NCBI GenBank assembly: GCA_000091205.1
Contig: AP006499.2
Strand: one strand, 5' to 3'
DNA length: 64,000 bases
Source of the DNA: Cyanidioschyzon merolae
Taxonomy: Eukaryota
The notes beneath the pieces are model-generated. The model ran no database searches. It saw only the letters and a program-made list of their open reading frames with translations, and was not told where the DNA came from. The translations under genes were made by a program, and so were the position numbers. This document shows positions 10,700-22,534 of the stretch, piece after piece. Numbering within the stretch: the stretch's first letter is position 1; each line of letters opens with the position of its first letter.

Positions 10700-11794
10700 G
10701 TTATTCAGCGGGCTGGCTTGCTCTTGCTGAGTGCGATTTCCTGCTTGTCTCGTTTGATCGAGGCTGACTAGCACAGTCTGCAACGCGGCAGGGGCACCAG
10801 TACGCGGGATGAGCGGAGCGCTCGATCCCGGATCCTGTTCGACTCGGTACGAGGCGTAGGCCCAGAGCGGGGTCGTTGCCAGCGCGTCGACTCGCTGCGA
10901 AGCAGGTCTGACTGCCCACTGTGGATCGTAGGCTGATGGGAGCTGCAGCTGAGCGCTTTCCCAGTTGCGATCCATCGCTACATTCGTCCAGATTGAGGCA
11001 AAAACGCCAACGTCCTCTGTTTGCGTTGCAACGGTTCGTGCTTGTGTACGATGGAGTTCCACTAGCCACTCGGGGCGGCGTCCTCGCTCTACGGCCGGAT
11101 ACTCCCATTTACGGGCATCTGTGTCCGGAACTGGGTCCACCAGGCCAGTTCGATCCGGTGCGGCGACTGGGGTATCAGTTTGCGTCGCGCGGGCGACGAC
11201 GACAGCGTCGGTGCCAGCCCGACTGGCTCGCTGCGAGTCTGCAGTAGCCGCCGTCCAAGCTGTATGCGTTTCGCTTGGATCCGTTCCGAGTAGCGTAGCC
11301 GCCTCAGGGGCTGCGGCCTCTGGTCCACTACGAGAGCCGGCTTCGCTGGCGCTGGCTCCCGTTGCAGCACGCGTCGTAAAAACGCTTTGCTGGACGAGAG
11401 CGCCTGGAGCCTGCGCTCCCTCGTAAAGCGTATGGAGTTGGAAACCAGGCGCAACGAGCACTGAAGCGCCTGCTGCTGTCGACGAGGCCCCTAGCCAGCT
11501 GGGAAAGGCCTGCCCCAGTAAGCCCGCTAGCCGACGGCCGAGATCGTACCAGAGACGTGCACCTCGCAGCTGCGTCTCTGACAGCCGGTCCAGCGAGTCC
11601 GCGTCAAAGTACCCGGCGAGAAGGGCCACTATGCGTGCGGACAAGCGCCTCATTCGGCGCTGCAGCAGCGCGCGACGCCTTTGCAAGAGACGTGCCGCGA
11701 TAACCGCCTCACCTGACGCGGTAACTTCCGTACTGCGCGCAGCTGGCTCGTCTTCCGCACCGCTTTCCTGGGGCGTTTCTCTCTGGCGCCGCAT
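10649..11794 (-). CDS. Hypothetical low-complexity (A/S/T/P/Q-rich) protein; may be spurious.
   Basis: 381-aa ORF in a GC-rich region where two further long ORFs are present in other frames, so there is no coding-frame discrimination. Confidence 0.2.
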   Translation of the reverse strand: MRRQRETPQESGAEDEPAARSTEVTASGEAVIAARLLQRRRALLQRRMRRLSARIVALLAGYFDADSLDRLSETQLRGARLWYDLGRRLAGLLGQAFPSWLGASSTAAGASVLVAPGFQLHTLYEGAQAPGALVQQSVFTTRAATGASASEAGSRSGPEAAAPEAATLLGTDPSETHTAWTAATADSQRASRAGTDAVVVARATQTDTPVAAPDRTGLVDPVPDTDARKWEYPAVERGRRPEWLVELHRTQARTVATQTEDVGVFASIWTNVAMDRNWESAQLQLPSAYDPQWAVRPASQRVDALATTPLWAYASYRVEQDPGSSAPLIPRTGAPAALQTVLVSLDQTRQAGNRTQQEQASPLNNLMANAAPVLVTQTLAA

Positions 11795-14700
11795 ATTCGT
11801 TTGTGGAAGCGAAGCGCGGCTTCAGCATGCGCACATTCGCGTGTGCAAAACTCCAGGTATTCGCAGCGCTCAGCTGCTGTTGCCCTTTGGCGGTTTCGAG
11901 CTCCACCTTCGTTCACTGTGCAACTGCTAAAGCCCACGTGTCCTCTTACACCAACGTTCAGTCGCGGTGCCGCCTGCACGAGTGCGTCTCGGAACGCTTC
12001 CGCTGGTGCGCAGGCGCTGTGCCTATGCGCCTGCGCTCATGCGATCCGTTGGACGAGCGCCGGCCAATGGCGCGGCCGCTTTCGCGCAATGTGGACCTAT
12101 CGTTTCTACGCAGTCCATGCGACAGATTCCGTAGATTTTATGGATGCTCGGGACGCTATATTTGGTACGGATGATATCGACCGTGTTTCGTCATTCCGGG
12201 ACGGTCGTCTGCGTTCAGTAAGCTTGCGTGATATCACGAATGACGTTAGCCAAGGTTCACAAGTACGTGTTTGTCTACGTCTCTGCGTACCTGCACGCAT
12301 CCAGAAACATGGAGCCCCGACCTTCGGATGCAGTGCAGAGCGATCGCTGTGGGCGGGACGCGATGGCGCTTGGCGCACGCTCCACAGCTGCCGGCTGAGT
12401 GCGCCATCGATACACTTGTCGCTACCCGAACAGGAGAATATCGAAGAGAAGAGCCATGTGCGTCTGGAGGAACGAGCGCAGTCAATTACGCTCTGTGCAG
12501 TGCATTCTGGAGTACGCGTGAACTCCAGAATGGTCTTTTGTTCTTGCTCGCAGGTATTCAAGAAAAGAAGTGAATCCCCTGGATCGCAGAAAGTTCGCGG
12601 AACGAATGTGTCCCGTCACTCCTAGATTGCAAAGAAAGGCCTTGCATGGACAAGTCAAATGTGCTATGGTCTGCAGGCGGATGCTTCCCTCTTTTCATGG
12701 TTCTTTTGCTGGACGTCGTCCATCGAAAATAGAAGTTACCAAACTCAAGCTCAACGACTGCCTCCGCCTGGATCCATTTCACGCCAAAGGACCTCCGAGA
12801 AAAAGCTGCAGGATGTGAAGCTTTCGCATCATGGATAAGAACGACGGTGACGATGCGCGAATGAACAAAGCGACAGGTACCCATGTACACGAGACCATCG
12901 CGCGATGAACAGCAAACGCTGTCGGCTTGGGAGGGAAACGCGGTCGTCCATCGCGGGACGGACGAATGTTCGGCTCATCCGGTGAGACTTGATTCGCGAG
13001 AAATTGCGGAGCTGTTCATGGGCACTCAGATAGGCGTGGAACGCAGTTCGCAACCGAAAGACAAGACGGAACGACGGCGGGAGCAGTCCGTGGGCCCTCT
13101 CAAGTGTCTGGATACGAAAAACTCGTCAAAAATACAGGATCGTTCAACACCTCATCCCTCGTAGAAGCGCTCCCCGGGGCCTTCTCTGTCACGCATTCCT
13201 CTGTCCTGCTCTGAGCCGACGTCGCATCCCATCACTCGCCAGCCGGAAAGGAATATGCTGCTGATACTGGGGTTGAGGTACTCTTCGTACCAGTCTATGC
13301 TGCCTTGTGCAAGCTCATCGAACGCGTCGTCTGTCGTGTTGGACGCCATCTCAAGGCTAGCGGATCTGAATACGAGTGGTTTCCACCCATGACATCGAAG
13401 GCAATCGAGAAAATCATTCTTCGACAATTCATTGTCTACCTTCAACAGCCCTGAATTGCATTGTTGTTGCTCGTCTGCTCGTGCGCGTGAGGGTAGCGCG
13501 AAGAAGCGCTGCGTTTCACGAGGCGCACCCCGTGTCCCTGGACTGCGTCGAATCCTCAGCGTGCTGGCGCAGCAGCATGGAAACTGACGGAGACGATCTC
13601 TCGAGATACTGATGGAGGCAAGTCACGAGCTGATGATGTCATATTCGTTCGCGGCGGTAGCCAGTGCCCCGGAAACGTCGCAGTGAGCTCGAGCGTCACC
13701 TCTGATCACCAGAGCTCAACGTGGCGTACTGGACCCCGAATCGCCGAACGTCATATCCAAGGAATGGTAGACACATCGTGCCTGGCTGGAAGCCTTGCCT
13801 CCTGCGGAAATGCGTGTTCCATGAACGAGCATCGTAGAGCAAAGCTGTAGCAGAGCCCGGATCCGAGCGCATTCGCCTTCTCAAGCTCCTCCCTGATGTC
13901 TTCCTGATTCGTCAGATCGAGGTCTATTGTATCACCAAAGAGTCTTCAGTGGTATATGGCCGCTCTCAGTGAGCTACGACTGGTCTCTGCAAGCAACGAT
14001 GAAGCATTATGACAACTTTACGAAAAGCACTGGTGGAGCTCGCTCAATCTTTTCCTTCAACACAATGGAAATAGAATGAACTGAACAGGGACGATCAACA
14101 CTTTCGGACGATCGACCTGCATGCACTTTGTGAAACCCTGGTCTCAGTCGAACAATGAGACTCATTTTCAACCGTTTTTAGGTAGATGAATAGAGATAGT
14201 TTCAGATACGCGGGAGTCCGGGTTCCGGGGCACCGCGGCCGTCGCCATACCAGCAGATCGATCGAGGCGGTGGAGCCCACGACCTCACAAGAAAACTAGA
14301 TGGGGCTGCGCATCTTCTTCCAATGCTAGGTTGCATCGCTGGCCGGGTATCGTGGCCACCAGGACGCATATGGTCAAGCGGAATGACAGCAACGGGATCG
14401 ATGTCGACACCCTGAGCATCCTGTCGAATCGAGACGGCTGTTTCATGCGCTTCATTCAGAGACAATATATGACCGTGCCATCGGCGCATGCGGACGATCT
14501 TTGGCAGGAGGATCTGACAGACTGCGCTGCGATCGCGAACAGTATCGGTGGTGCGGAGGCAACAGGCGTGGCTTTACCAGCCTGTTCAGTGCACCACATA
14601 AGGAGCTGATGGATGCGTCCCGTTATTTGGTCATAGCCTACCGCGCTGAATATGCTGTAGCGCGCATCATCTGCACTCCTGCTCCTTCGACGTGCGCGGA

Positions 14701-15039
14701 CAAGGAAAACAGGAATCGATTCTGTAAGATTCTCATCGATGCGTTCAGGACGACATCCACACATGAAGAGAATGGGAGCACGTTGCATGATCTAGAAAAG
14801 ATAACAGTGAAACACAGCCGAATGCTCGATACGGTGCTGGGTAAGCTGAGCGAGCGTCGGAAGGCGAGGTGCTCGAATAGCGAGGCTTTCTATGAGGTCA
14901 TTTCACCTGTGCAACAATGGACGTTACCGCTTTCCACACTGAGCATTCTACACCGCGATCAACTTGCCGGAATGCACCGTGCCTCGGCAACATCCAGCAG
15001 CTTTGCGTTGAGCGAAATTCCGTCAGAATCCCATACTAC

Positions 15040-15197
15040 AAAGTCTGCGCATTGTACTGAAACTCTGAAGACCTTTGGTGAATAGAGAACCACTGACCAG
15101 GAGCGAAGACTCCCAGAATCCTCTACGGCAAAGTCTGGGCAATGTACTGAAACGCTGAAGATGTTCGATGAAAAAGGAACCGGTGACCAGGAGCGAT
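15040..15197. repeat. Tandem duplication, about 90-bp unit x 2, about 85% identical.
   Basis: CAAAGTCTGCGCATTGTACTGAAACTCTGAAGACCTTTGGTGAATAGAGAACCACTGACCAGGAGCGA is followed by CAAAGTCTGGGCAATGTACTGAAACGCTGAAGATGTTCGATGAAAAAGGAACCGGTGACCAGGAGCGA. Confidence 0.8.
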
Positions 15198-16759
15198 GCG
15201 TTCGTATGTAATCGCCCGGAGCAAGGCGCTGGTTCGGTACGAGTCAGCTATCCGGCAAGGTTGCGACGCCGTATAATCCACCCACTCACACACATTCACA
15301 CAAGGAAGCAGTGTCCTGGACATTTGATAAACGATCATGGTAACCCTCAATTCGGTGTTACGAAATGTATCGGGATCGTGAACCGCACCTCTTCCGCAAA
15401 CGCTTCCTGGGTTTCAGACCCCTTCGATCACCGGCATACCCCCTGCTATGCAATTCAGGTTGGATCACAACGGCAGTGTCATAGACGGCACACTGTCGGA
15501 CGACTGCACTCTTTCAAAGTCAACGTTCTTGTCGTCGGTGTTCTCCCCGGTGTATCATCCATGAGTCTGCATACGAAAACTCCCTGTCCGCCATTCATCG
15601 CATCTTGTGCGGCATTTTCCTCTCCTCGCCTCCGCTATTCCCATCGTTATCGTTATCATCATCGGAGTTTTCCACGAGCGCTTCTGCTCGCCTGAATGCG
15701 GACGTCGCCCGGACAGTACATTTGCATTCGGCGACGGCGTGACGAGCCCAGGTAAACGCACCACCTCATGATCGTCGAGCAGACCTGCTCTGCATGTACG
15801 GACTCGTGCCTGTGTCACGAGACATGTCCCCATTTTGTCGGATACAGGGAACGCCTCATTCTCGAGCAGCAACGGAACAATGGGCCCCGCCAAACCGCTC
15901 GTCGATGGTGCACCACAGTGCCGAGGAACAACTGCGGCGCGTTCACGAGTTCCTGCATGGATATCGCACCTGTAAAAAGAGGACGCTTCCATACGTTTAC
16001 ACGAAACATGTCATGTATGGATACGGGTAAGCGGCACCACCGCGTCGAAGCCGAACGCTCGGACGCACCGATGCTCGCCCAACTCGTCCCAGATGGTATG
16101 CAGGGTCACCAGTGCGCCGCTTGATACCCCGAGTTCGGCACGAGAGCGATAGAGCGATAGAGCGAGCGACAGAAAACGGACCCGCTCGAGATCGGGCGCT
16201 GATGGATCGCGGGACGCCGCTGCGCCCCACGGGGCGAAACGGAAAAAGGACGGGTTCGTGGGCGCGCTGGTACCGCAGCTTGGCACGCGAGGCTTCCTGT
16301 GTGTACGTACGCGTAGCTTGTCGCTTGACGTACGGGAAACGTTTCGTCGAGACAGCAGCGCACAGCGTAGGTGGTCATTATCCTATTTATTCTGATATTT
16401 ATTGGACAACGGATAGAATCTTTGGCGATGCGGCAACCAGCGAGTTTCACGTCGCCGCTGTGCGTCGTGGTATACGGAGAGCGGGAGCGCCCGTCGCTCG
16501 CGAGCGCACCCTCGACTTCGGAGCACAGCTCTTGGCAGGGCTCTGTGTTAGCGAGCGCGTCCGCTCAGTCGAGCGCAAGCTCGTCGTCCAGCGCAGGTAG
16601 TCGCTGGGGCGCTTCACAGAGCCTGCTCACGTACCCGGCGGTGTTTAGCGAGTCCAGGGCGGCGATTCGCGCCCGCTTCCAGGCTCCGCCCCCGACACCA
16701 CACTGTGCGCGTATGCCTGACGGTCGTCTGTGCTGGTTGCGCAAGGAAAATGTGGCTCA

Positions 16760-19273
16760 TCATTGAGCGTCAGCAGACGGCGGCTGTGGCGGTAGTGGCT
16801 GTCGTTGCTGTCGTTGCTGTCGTTGCACCCAGTTGTTGGTACGCGACGAGCTAGAGTCGTTGCCTGTCGTCGACGCCGAGGCGTTCGAAGGCCGCTCGCG
16901 CCCGTGTCCTTCGTCCATGGACTGGCGCTGCGGCTTGCTCGCTTGACTTGGACTCGAGCGAGCGGCGCCTGTGTGCCCGTCTGCGTTCGTGCTTCCGTCA
17001 GCGGGTTTCGGTGCAGCGGATGCAGGTCCGTTGTGGCTGCCGCTCGCCTGCGAAACGCGGGTCGAGTCGTTCCGCGTCGACCGCGGCTTGGTCGACTGCG
17101 AAGCAGCAGGCGCCTGCGCGCGCTCTCTGCCCTTGTTTGCAGCTGTGCTCGACGCGGGTGGACGGGATGTGCGTTCCGCTCTGCGTACCACGGTAGTTTC
17201 GGTTGTCATACGCACGGTCCGCTTTGTACCGCTGCTGCTCGTTGTGGTTGAAACCTGCGTTGTGCGTTTCTGTACAGCAGTGCGCGTAGCGTCATTCGCA
17301 TCCGTCTGCGGAGTAGTAACGGGTTTGCTTCGGTCGGGTTTCGCTCGGGCCTCCAGTTCAGCGATGGTGCGAGCAAATCCTCGGCGCTGCTCCGCTGCAG
17401 ATGGCGTATTCGACCAGGCAATCTCCCCGCTGGGGACTCTCTCCTGGAAATAGTTGCCCGTATCGGGATCGAAGACGTCGTTCTGGCCGAAGAGGTCGCG
17501 TCGGCGTTCCTCGCTGGTGAGCTCCCGATGCGGATCAATGGAGCCCACCGCCTCCAGCAACCGTCGCTCTTCAATAAAAGGCAGCAGAACAACTGCCTCC
17601 CAATCAAACCGCTTGCCATTCAGATCTGTACGGAACTCTGCGGGATAAAAATCACGCACCGGGCTCTCTAGATCGAGCATGAGCTGTCGATACGGAGGTG
17701 GTAGCTCGCCGCTGCTTTCAGGGGGCAAAACGCCCAGCAGCTGGGTCAGCGGCGTGAAAGGTTTCCCCTTGAGAAAACGAACCTTGTACGAGCCGAGGTC
17801 GCGGAGATCCGAACACAATGGTGCGAAATAGTACGGATAATACCAGGTCCACGACGGGCATCCGTGGTGGTAGTACTGGAGCACCCAATGCAGACCTTCG
17901 AGATAGCTCTGAATCACCTGTCCGCGTAGTCGCTCGTTCCCGTCTGGTGCATCGAGGTTCAAACGGAATTTGTCCCGATAATAGGCGACGCGGTAGCGCT
18001 CGGGGTCACAGTACTCCTGGATGTTCTCGTCGACGCCTCTGCGATTGAAATACGCGCGTTCCTCTTCCGCAAGACGAGCTGCGAATGCCTCCAGTCGGTC
18101 TGGATGGATTCGGTGCTTGTCGGTGAGGTAGCCACCCATGATGGGCAGCAGCTCCTTATACGCGCCGAAGAGGAGTTCCAGCGCACCGTCAGAGATATCC
18201 AGATGGGGAAGGTGTGGCAGAAAGTCGTTGCCCACGAGTACGCCCATGAACATAAAGTCATCGACGATGCGCTCCAAATCAACGTGGAATGGCGGGGCAT
18301 CGCTTCGCTGGCGACTGGCCAATTCAGCGAACTCCTTATACAGTTCGTCGCGCAGGAGATTAATCTCCAGCAGGTGAAACTCCTCAAAGTCGTCCAGATT
18401 GGCGGGTGCATCGACAAGTCCCATGCGTCGGGCGGCAAGCGCCCGCGCCAGAGGCGAGTTGTCGCCGGACTCGCTCGCCGCAGCCGGGTTGCTCAGCGAC
18501 GTTATTGGCGGCGAGCGTGCTGCTGCTCCGAGTCGCTCACCGATGCGTCCGCGGTACACGAGTTTCTCTCGAAGCAGCGCAAAGTACGGCTCGTGGGTCA
18601 CGAGTCCCAACATAATCAGATCCGCATCGAGTCCATACATGCAGTGCCGGATGGGCATATCCCCGCGGTGGCGGTGTTGCCGCTTAATCTCCCGGATCAT
18701 TTCCATGATCTTGTGCTCGCCTTCGCCGGGCACCTCGGGTCCACTGAAAACCACTTTGCATCCGGTCTGCCACGCCCGATCGTTTCGCATTTTGTAGTCG
18801 ATCCATTCGCGAAAGGCCTGCGACAACCGGTCCATGAACGCAGTACCAGGCGTGATGCAGTTCGAATCGAAGCGTTCTTCAATGAATCCGTCCTCGAGAT
18901 CGCCACGGGCAATGGCTTCTGCGAGCACTCGTTCCGCCTCTTTGGCCGAGCGGAAGCGTCGAGAACGTTGCTGGTTCATCTTTGCGCGTGGTGCTACACC
19001 ATCCACAGCCAGAAAGAGGAACTTTCGTGGTTTCACAATGCGGTAAAGACGATCGGTGTAGGCAAAAATGCGGGCAAACATCTCCACTTCATCGAGAAAG
19101 ATGATATCGCCGTCGTTGTTATGGGTGCAGGTGTGGATGATACCGTTCATGTCGAGGTAGAAGTTGTCGAACTCACGATCACCTTCAAGCGACTGGTTGA
19201 TGACCGGATAGCGCAGTGAGAGCCAACGAAAGAAGCGCGGAATCCCCATGGTGCTACGCTGCTGCTCGGACAC
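16760..19273 (-). CDS. XRN2: 5'-3' exoribonuclease, XRN2/Rat1 type (837 aa), with a long low-complexity S/T/Q-rich C-terminal tail.
   Basis: The N-terminus MGIPRFFRWLSLRYP...FDNFYLDMNGIIHTCTH...FLAVDGVAPRAKMNQQRSRRF...DSNCITPGTAFM...PGEGEHKIM...GLDADLIMLGLVTHEPYF is collinear with XRN2 conserved regions CR1 and CR2. The size fits XRN2 rather than XRN1. Confidence 0.9.
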   Translation of the reverse strand: MSEQQRSTMGIPRFFRWLSLRYPVINQSLEGDREFDNFYLDMNGIIHTCTHNNDGDIIFLDEVEMFARIFAYTDRLYRIVKPRKFLFLAVDGVAPRAKMNQQRSRRFRSAKEAERVLAEAIARGDLEDGFIEERFDSNCITPGTAFMDRLSQAFREWIDYKMRNDRAWQTGCKVVFSGPEVPGEGEHKIMEMIREIKRQHRHRGDMPIRHCMYGLDADLIMLGLVTHEPYFALLREKLVYRGRIGERLGAAARSPPITSLSNPAAASESGDNSPLARALAARRMGLVDAPANLDDFEEFHLLEINLLRDELYKEFAELASRQRSDAPPFHVDLERIVDDFMFMGVLVGNDFLPHLPHLDISDGALELLFGAYKELLPIMGGYLTDKHRIHPDRLEAFAARLAEEERAYFNRRGVDENIQEYCDPERYRVAYYRDKFRLNLDAPDGNERLRGQVIQSYLEGLHWVLQYYHHGCPSWTWYYPYYFAPLCSDLRDLGSYKVRFLKGKPFTPLTQLLGVLPPESSGELPPPYRQLMLDLESPVRDFYPAEFRTDLNGKRFDWEAVVLLPFIEERRLLEAVGSIDPHRELTSEERRRDLFGQNDVFDPDTGNYFQERVPSGEIAWSNTPSAAEQRRGFARTIAELEARAKPDRSKPVTTPQTDANDATRTAVQKRTTQVSTTTSSSGTKRTVRMTTETTVVRRAERTSRPPASSTAANKGRERAQAPAASQSTKPRSTRNDSTRVSQASGSHNGPASAAPKPADGSTNADGHTGAARSSPSQASKPQRQSMDEGHGRERPSNASASTTGNDSSSSRTNNWVQRQQRQQRQPLPPQPPSADAQ

Positions 19274-19602
19274 GCGGAGGCAGCACAGCGCCCGACGTGC
19301 TTACGAGAGAGCGTCTGCAGGCCTCCGTCTCGAGCGCGTCAACGGCTGCTGGCCCAGCGCCGTTTCCCAACGACACTTACGTGAGCAAAGATCTTGTCAA
19401 AACTGCTGGATTCGCGTATCCGTACCAAAAACACGCAACACACGAGAACAAGTTCTTTCTGAACGAAACGAAAGGTCCGACACCAGTCGCGAGCTTTCGT
19501 AGACTTGAACGAAGGGTTCAGGCACCCGAGTCTCCAATCAATTGTAGATTGGATCTTGGATAAAAAGTCTCTCTTGGTGGCCAGATCACGCACGAACACC
19601 AG

Positions 19603-19632
19603 TCACGAAACGAAACGAAACGAAACGAAACG
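19603..19632. repeat. (AACGA)6 microsatellite in the divergent XRN2 / RUS-family intergenic region.
   Basis: Direct reading: CGAAACGAAACGAAACGAAACGAAACGAG. Confidence 0.9.
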
Positions 19633-19867
19633 AGTCGTCGAGCTTACACAGCACGGAGTCGTGCACCTCCCCAGTAGACGCTTGCTTCCTCCTTATCGTG
19701 CGAACACGACTTGCGTTTTCAACGTTTGATAGAGCACTCGTTTTGCAACGCGTTCCGAGTCTATGCTACCGCCACGACGCACAACCCAAGCGCCTCGTGT
19801 GCCTGGAACAACTCCGTCAACGAGTCGTTGAACGCTTCGCAAGCAGCGTCAGAAGCGGAGAGGCGCA

Positions 19868-21823
19868 GTGCAGACGCCGTACGAAGAAAAGCACCCGCAC
19901 ATTTGCGCCCGCCGGTGGCTGCCGCGGATGCATTTCGCCTACCTCCGTGAGCCAGCTCAGCGAGTACCAACAGCAAGGCACGTAGCCGCAGCACCGCAAC
20001 GCAAAACTGACCACGGATCAGGGGACACTAAAGCCCGGACAACTGAATCTGATTGCACTTTCGGGGAACCGTGCTTGGGTGCTTTGATTGTACACTGTAA
20101 ACGAGGGCATACGGATTCATCGACTGCTTGCACGGCACTTGGTGAACGGCTCGAAGGGATGCGTGGCCTAGAGTCGCACCGGCTCGGCGCGCAGCATCTC
20201 TTTCTAGGTTTTACGGTGCCTTTCTGGACAGAGAAGAATGAATCACCGAATAGGCCGACTAAGCGACAGCTTCTGGCCATTAACCGGAAGCGACGCGGCT
20301 TGTTCGGCACTGCTGGTGGGCTGCTCGCAGGCGGCGCTGCGGCGCCTGGCTGGGAGGCGGGCCCCAGGAGCGGTACACGCGGGTCGTTGCTGCGCCTGGA
20401 GGCTGCACGAGCTGCCTCTGTGACAGAAAGGCAACACCAGGGAGCCTCGGTTGTGGGAAAAACGACACCTGAGGCCGTCGCCTACGAGATCGATCGGCAC
20501 GGGTCTGTGTACGCGTACCGGGCAACAAGCACGGCGGGCGCGGGGTCCCTGGAGCGGCTCGCGGACTTGCGGAGTAGCGACTGGCGCCAGCGTGCTCGAC
20601 AGGCGTTGGCAGCAGCACCTGGTCAGCTCGTGCTCCAGTTGCGCTCAGTTTTCCTGCCCGAGGGGTTTCCAGAGAGCGTCGGGCCATCCTACCTGCGTTA
20701 CTCGTTGTGGCGCGGTGCCCAGAACGTGGTCTCCGCGATGACCGCAGTGCTATCGACGCATGCCCTGCTCGCAGCAGTTGGTCTATCGTCGACGCCGGTG
20801 GCCGCGGCGACGTCTTGGGTCCTCAAGGACGGCATTGGTCAGCTGGGAAAGCTGCTGACGGCGCGACGCGGTCGAGACTTTGATGCCGATCCCAAGCGAT
20901 ACCGCCTGTCGTCGGACCTGCTCTATGATGCTGGGTTATCGCTGGAGATTCTGACACCGCTCTTCCCGCAATATTTCCTAGCGCTAGCTGCGCTGGGCAA
21001 CTTTACGAAATCGGTAGCGATTACAGTAGGCATGGCTTGTCGTAATTCAGTGCTGAGCTCGTTCGTTTTGCGTGGCAATCTGGGGGATATCAGTGCCAAG
21101 AACGATGCCCAGAACGTTGTCACGAATCTGACTGGCATGGGGCTGGGGATTGTGACGGCGCGGGCGTTGCCGCCAAAGCCATCAGTTCGCCTGGGGGCCT
21201 TTGCTGCACTGACGGCCCTGTACAGCGTCCTCAATTACCAGTCCATGAAGGCAGTGAAGTTAAATGTGGTGAATCGTCAGCGAGGAGCAATCATTGCGGA
21301 CTCCTTCGTGCGGAGTCATGCTGAGGATGTGCTCGATGTTGAGACCGTCAATGATCTGGAATGTATCATTCCATTTGTACCAGAGCACTTTCAGTGGTTG
21401 CCCCTTAAACTGGGCGTGTCCCTGGAGCGAGTGGGTCGCTTGCCGCCGCCCCAGCGAAGACCCCGTGCTCGCTACGTGATGTCGATGAATGAGCGGGAGC
21501 TACGCGTGGCGTTGCACGAGCGAGCAGCTCCTCGCGATCTGCTGCAGGTTCTGTTGCAGAGCGCGTATCTTCGCTACTTGGTAAGTGTGCGGAGTGGCGG
21601 TATGGAGCGGTGTAGCCCAGCACGGCAGCGAACAGCCATAGGTTTGCCACGGGTCTGTTTTCCGCTACGGCTTTCACCGGATATGGACCAAGGGCAGCTG
21701 ATGGCCCAGGCAGAGGCGTATGCGGAACGCTATGTGGACGCGTTCTGTAGAGCTCTAGAGCGGCGTGGCTGGAACACAAGGGTTCTGCAGCTGGCCCCGG
21801 ATCGCTATCGCTGTCGCTGGTGA
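19868..21823 (+). CDS. RUS1 / DUF647 (UPF0420, C16orf58-like) family membrane protein. The N-terminal about 100-190 aa of the ORF may not be coding; the start is uncertain.
   Basis: QLRSVFLPEGFPESVGPSYLRYSLWRGAQN, VLKDGIGQLGKLL and the following hydrophobic segments match the DUF647 core (FLPQGFPDSV...Y..Y..W, LKDG.GQ.GKL). Confidence 0.75.
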   Translation: MQTPYEEKHPHICARRWLPRMHFAYLREPAQRVPTARHVAAAPQRKTDHGSGDTKARTTESDCTFGEPCLGALIVHCKRGHTDSSTACTALGERLEGMRGLESHRLGAQHLFLGFTVPFWTEKNESPNRPTKRQLLAINRKRRGLFGTAGGLLAGGAAAPGWEAGPRSGTRGSLLRLEAARAASVTERQHQGASVVGKTTPEAVAYEIDRHGSVYAYRATSTAGAGSLERLADLRSSDWRQRARQALAAAPGQLVLQLRSVFLPEGFPESVGPSYLRYSLWRGAQNVVSAMTAVLSTHALLAAVGLSSTPVAAATSWVLKDGIGQLGKLLTARRGRDFDADPKRYRLSSDLLYDAGLSLEILTPLFPQYFLALAALGNFTKSVAITVGMACRNSVLSSFVLRGNLGDISAKNDAQNVVTNLTGMGLGIVTARALPPKPSVRLGAFAALTALYSVLNYQSMKAVKLNVVNRQRGAIIADSFVRSHAEDVLDVETVNDLECIIPFVPEHFQWLPLKLGVSLERVGRLPPPQRRPRARYVMSMNERELRVALHERAAPRDLLQVLLQSAYLRYLVSVRSGGMERCSPARQRTAIGLPRVCFPLRLSPDMDQGQLMAQAEAYAERYVDAFCRALERRGWNTRVLQLAPDRYRCRW

Positions 21824-22534
21824 GCGGCTCTAGCTCTCGGGACGGAGAGCGCTCTCGATCGAGTCCAGAAGCTTGATTTTTATGCACACAACCTGAGATC
21901 CATCCGGAATATCCTGACCCGGCTCATGGAACACTGCGTATTTGCGACGTTGCTCGGGGGCATTTTGGGCGTCCAAGTTTGGTTCTCAGGCCATGAACGC
22001 TGAAGCCGGATTCACTCCAAGCGACATGAAAGGAGCATTAGGGAGCATTATAGACGACTAGGAAGACATAGGTAGCACTAGGGAGCATTCGGATGCCCTG
22101 GAAAGCACCATTCAGGACACGCCACATCGCGTGTTGTCGCGCGAGTCCCATGGTGACGGTACATTCCGTTTGTTTACGAGATCGCTTAGCAGCCTATTGA
22201 CGGCTCGCTTGGTGATCCCGAAGCACTTCATCGGAATCCGGGCAGCACGAGCAGTGTATGTGTGTATGCGCAGTACCGCTGCTATGTGTCTGGGGCGTTG
22301 CAGTGCGCACCGGCACGTAGCGTGTCGGCGCTGTGTGCCATGGGCGGGTCGTCCCTCGGCTCCAGAGAGTCCGGGAGACCAAGCTCCGTAAACGAAGCTT
22401 TTGCGTATCGTCACAGAATGGTGCTGGAAATCAGGTTTTGTGTGAGACGCTCGGAGCGTATGCCATACGACAGCTGAACAGAGATGCGTCCAAGCATGAT
22501 CTGAACTCAACTATCGCTCCTGATCTCTGTTGCG

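Noticed and set aside
18104-19219. 371-aa ORF on the + strand, with similar long ORFs antisense to PNPase (33516-34448, -), the DEAH helicase (51395-52982, -), the TRAPPC13-like gene and LeuRS.
   Set aside because: They lie wholly inside, and antisense to, strongly supported conserved genes. Their composition (R/A/S/P-rich, few K/D/E) is typical of GC-rich antisense frames, and they have no recognisable motifs.
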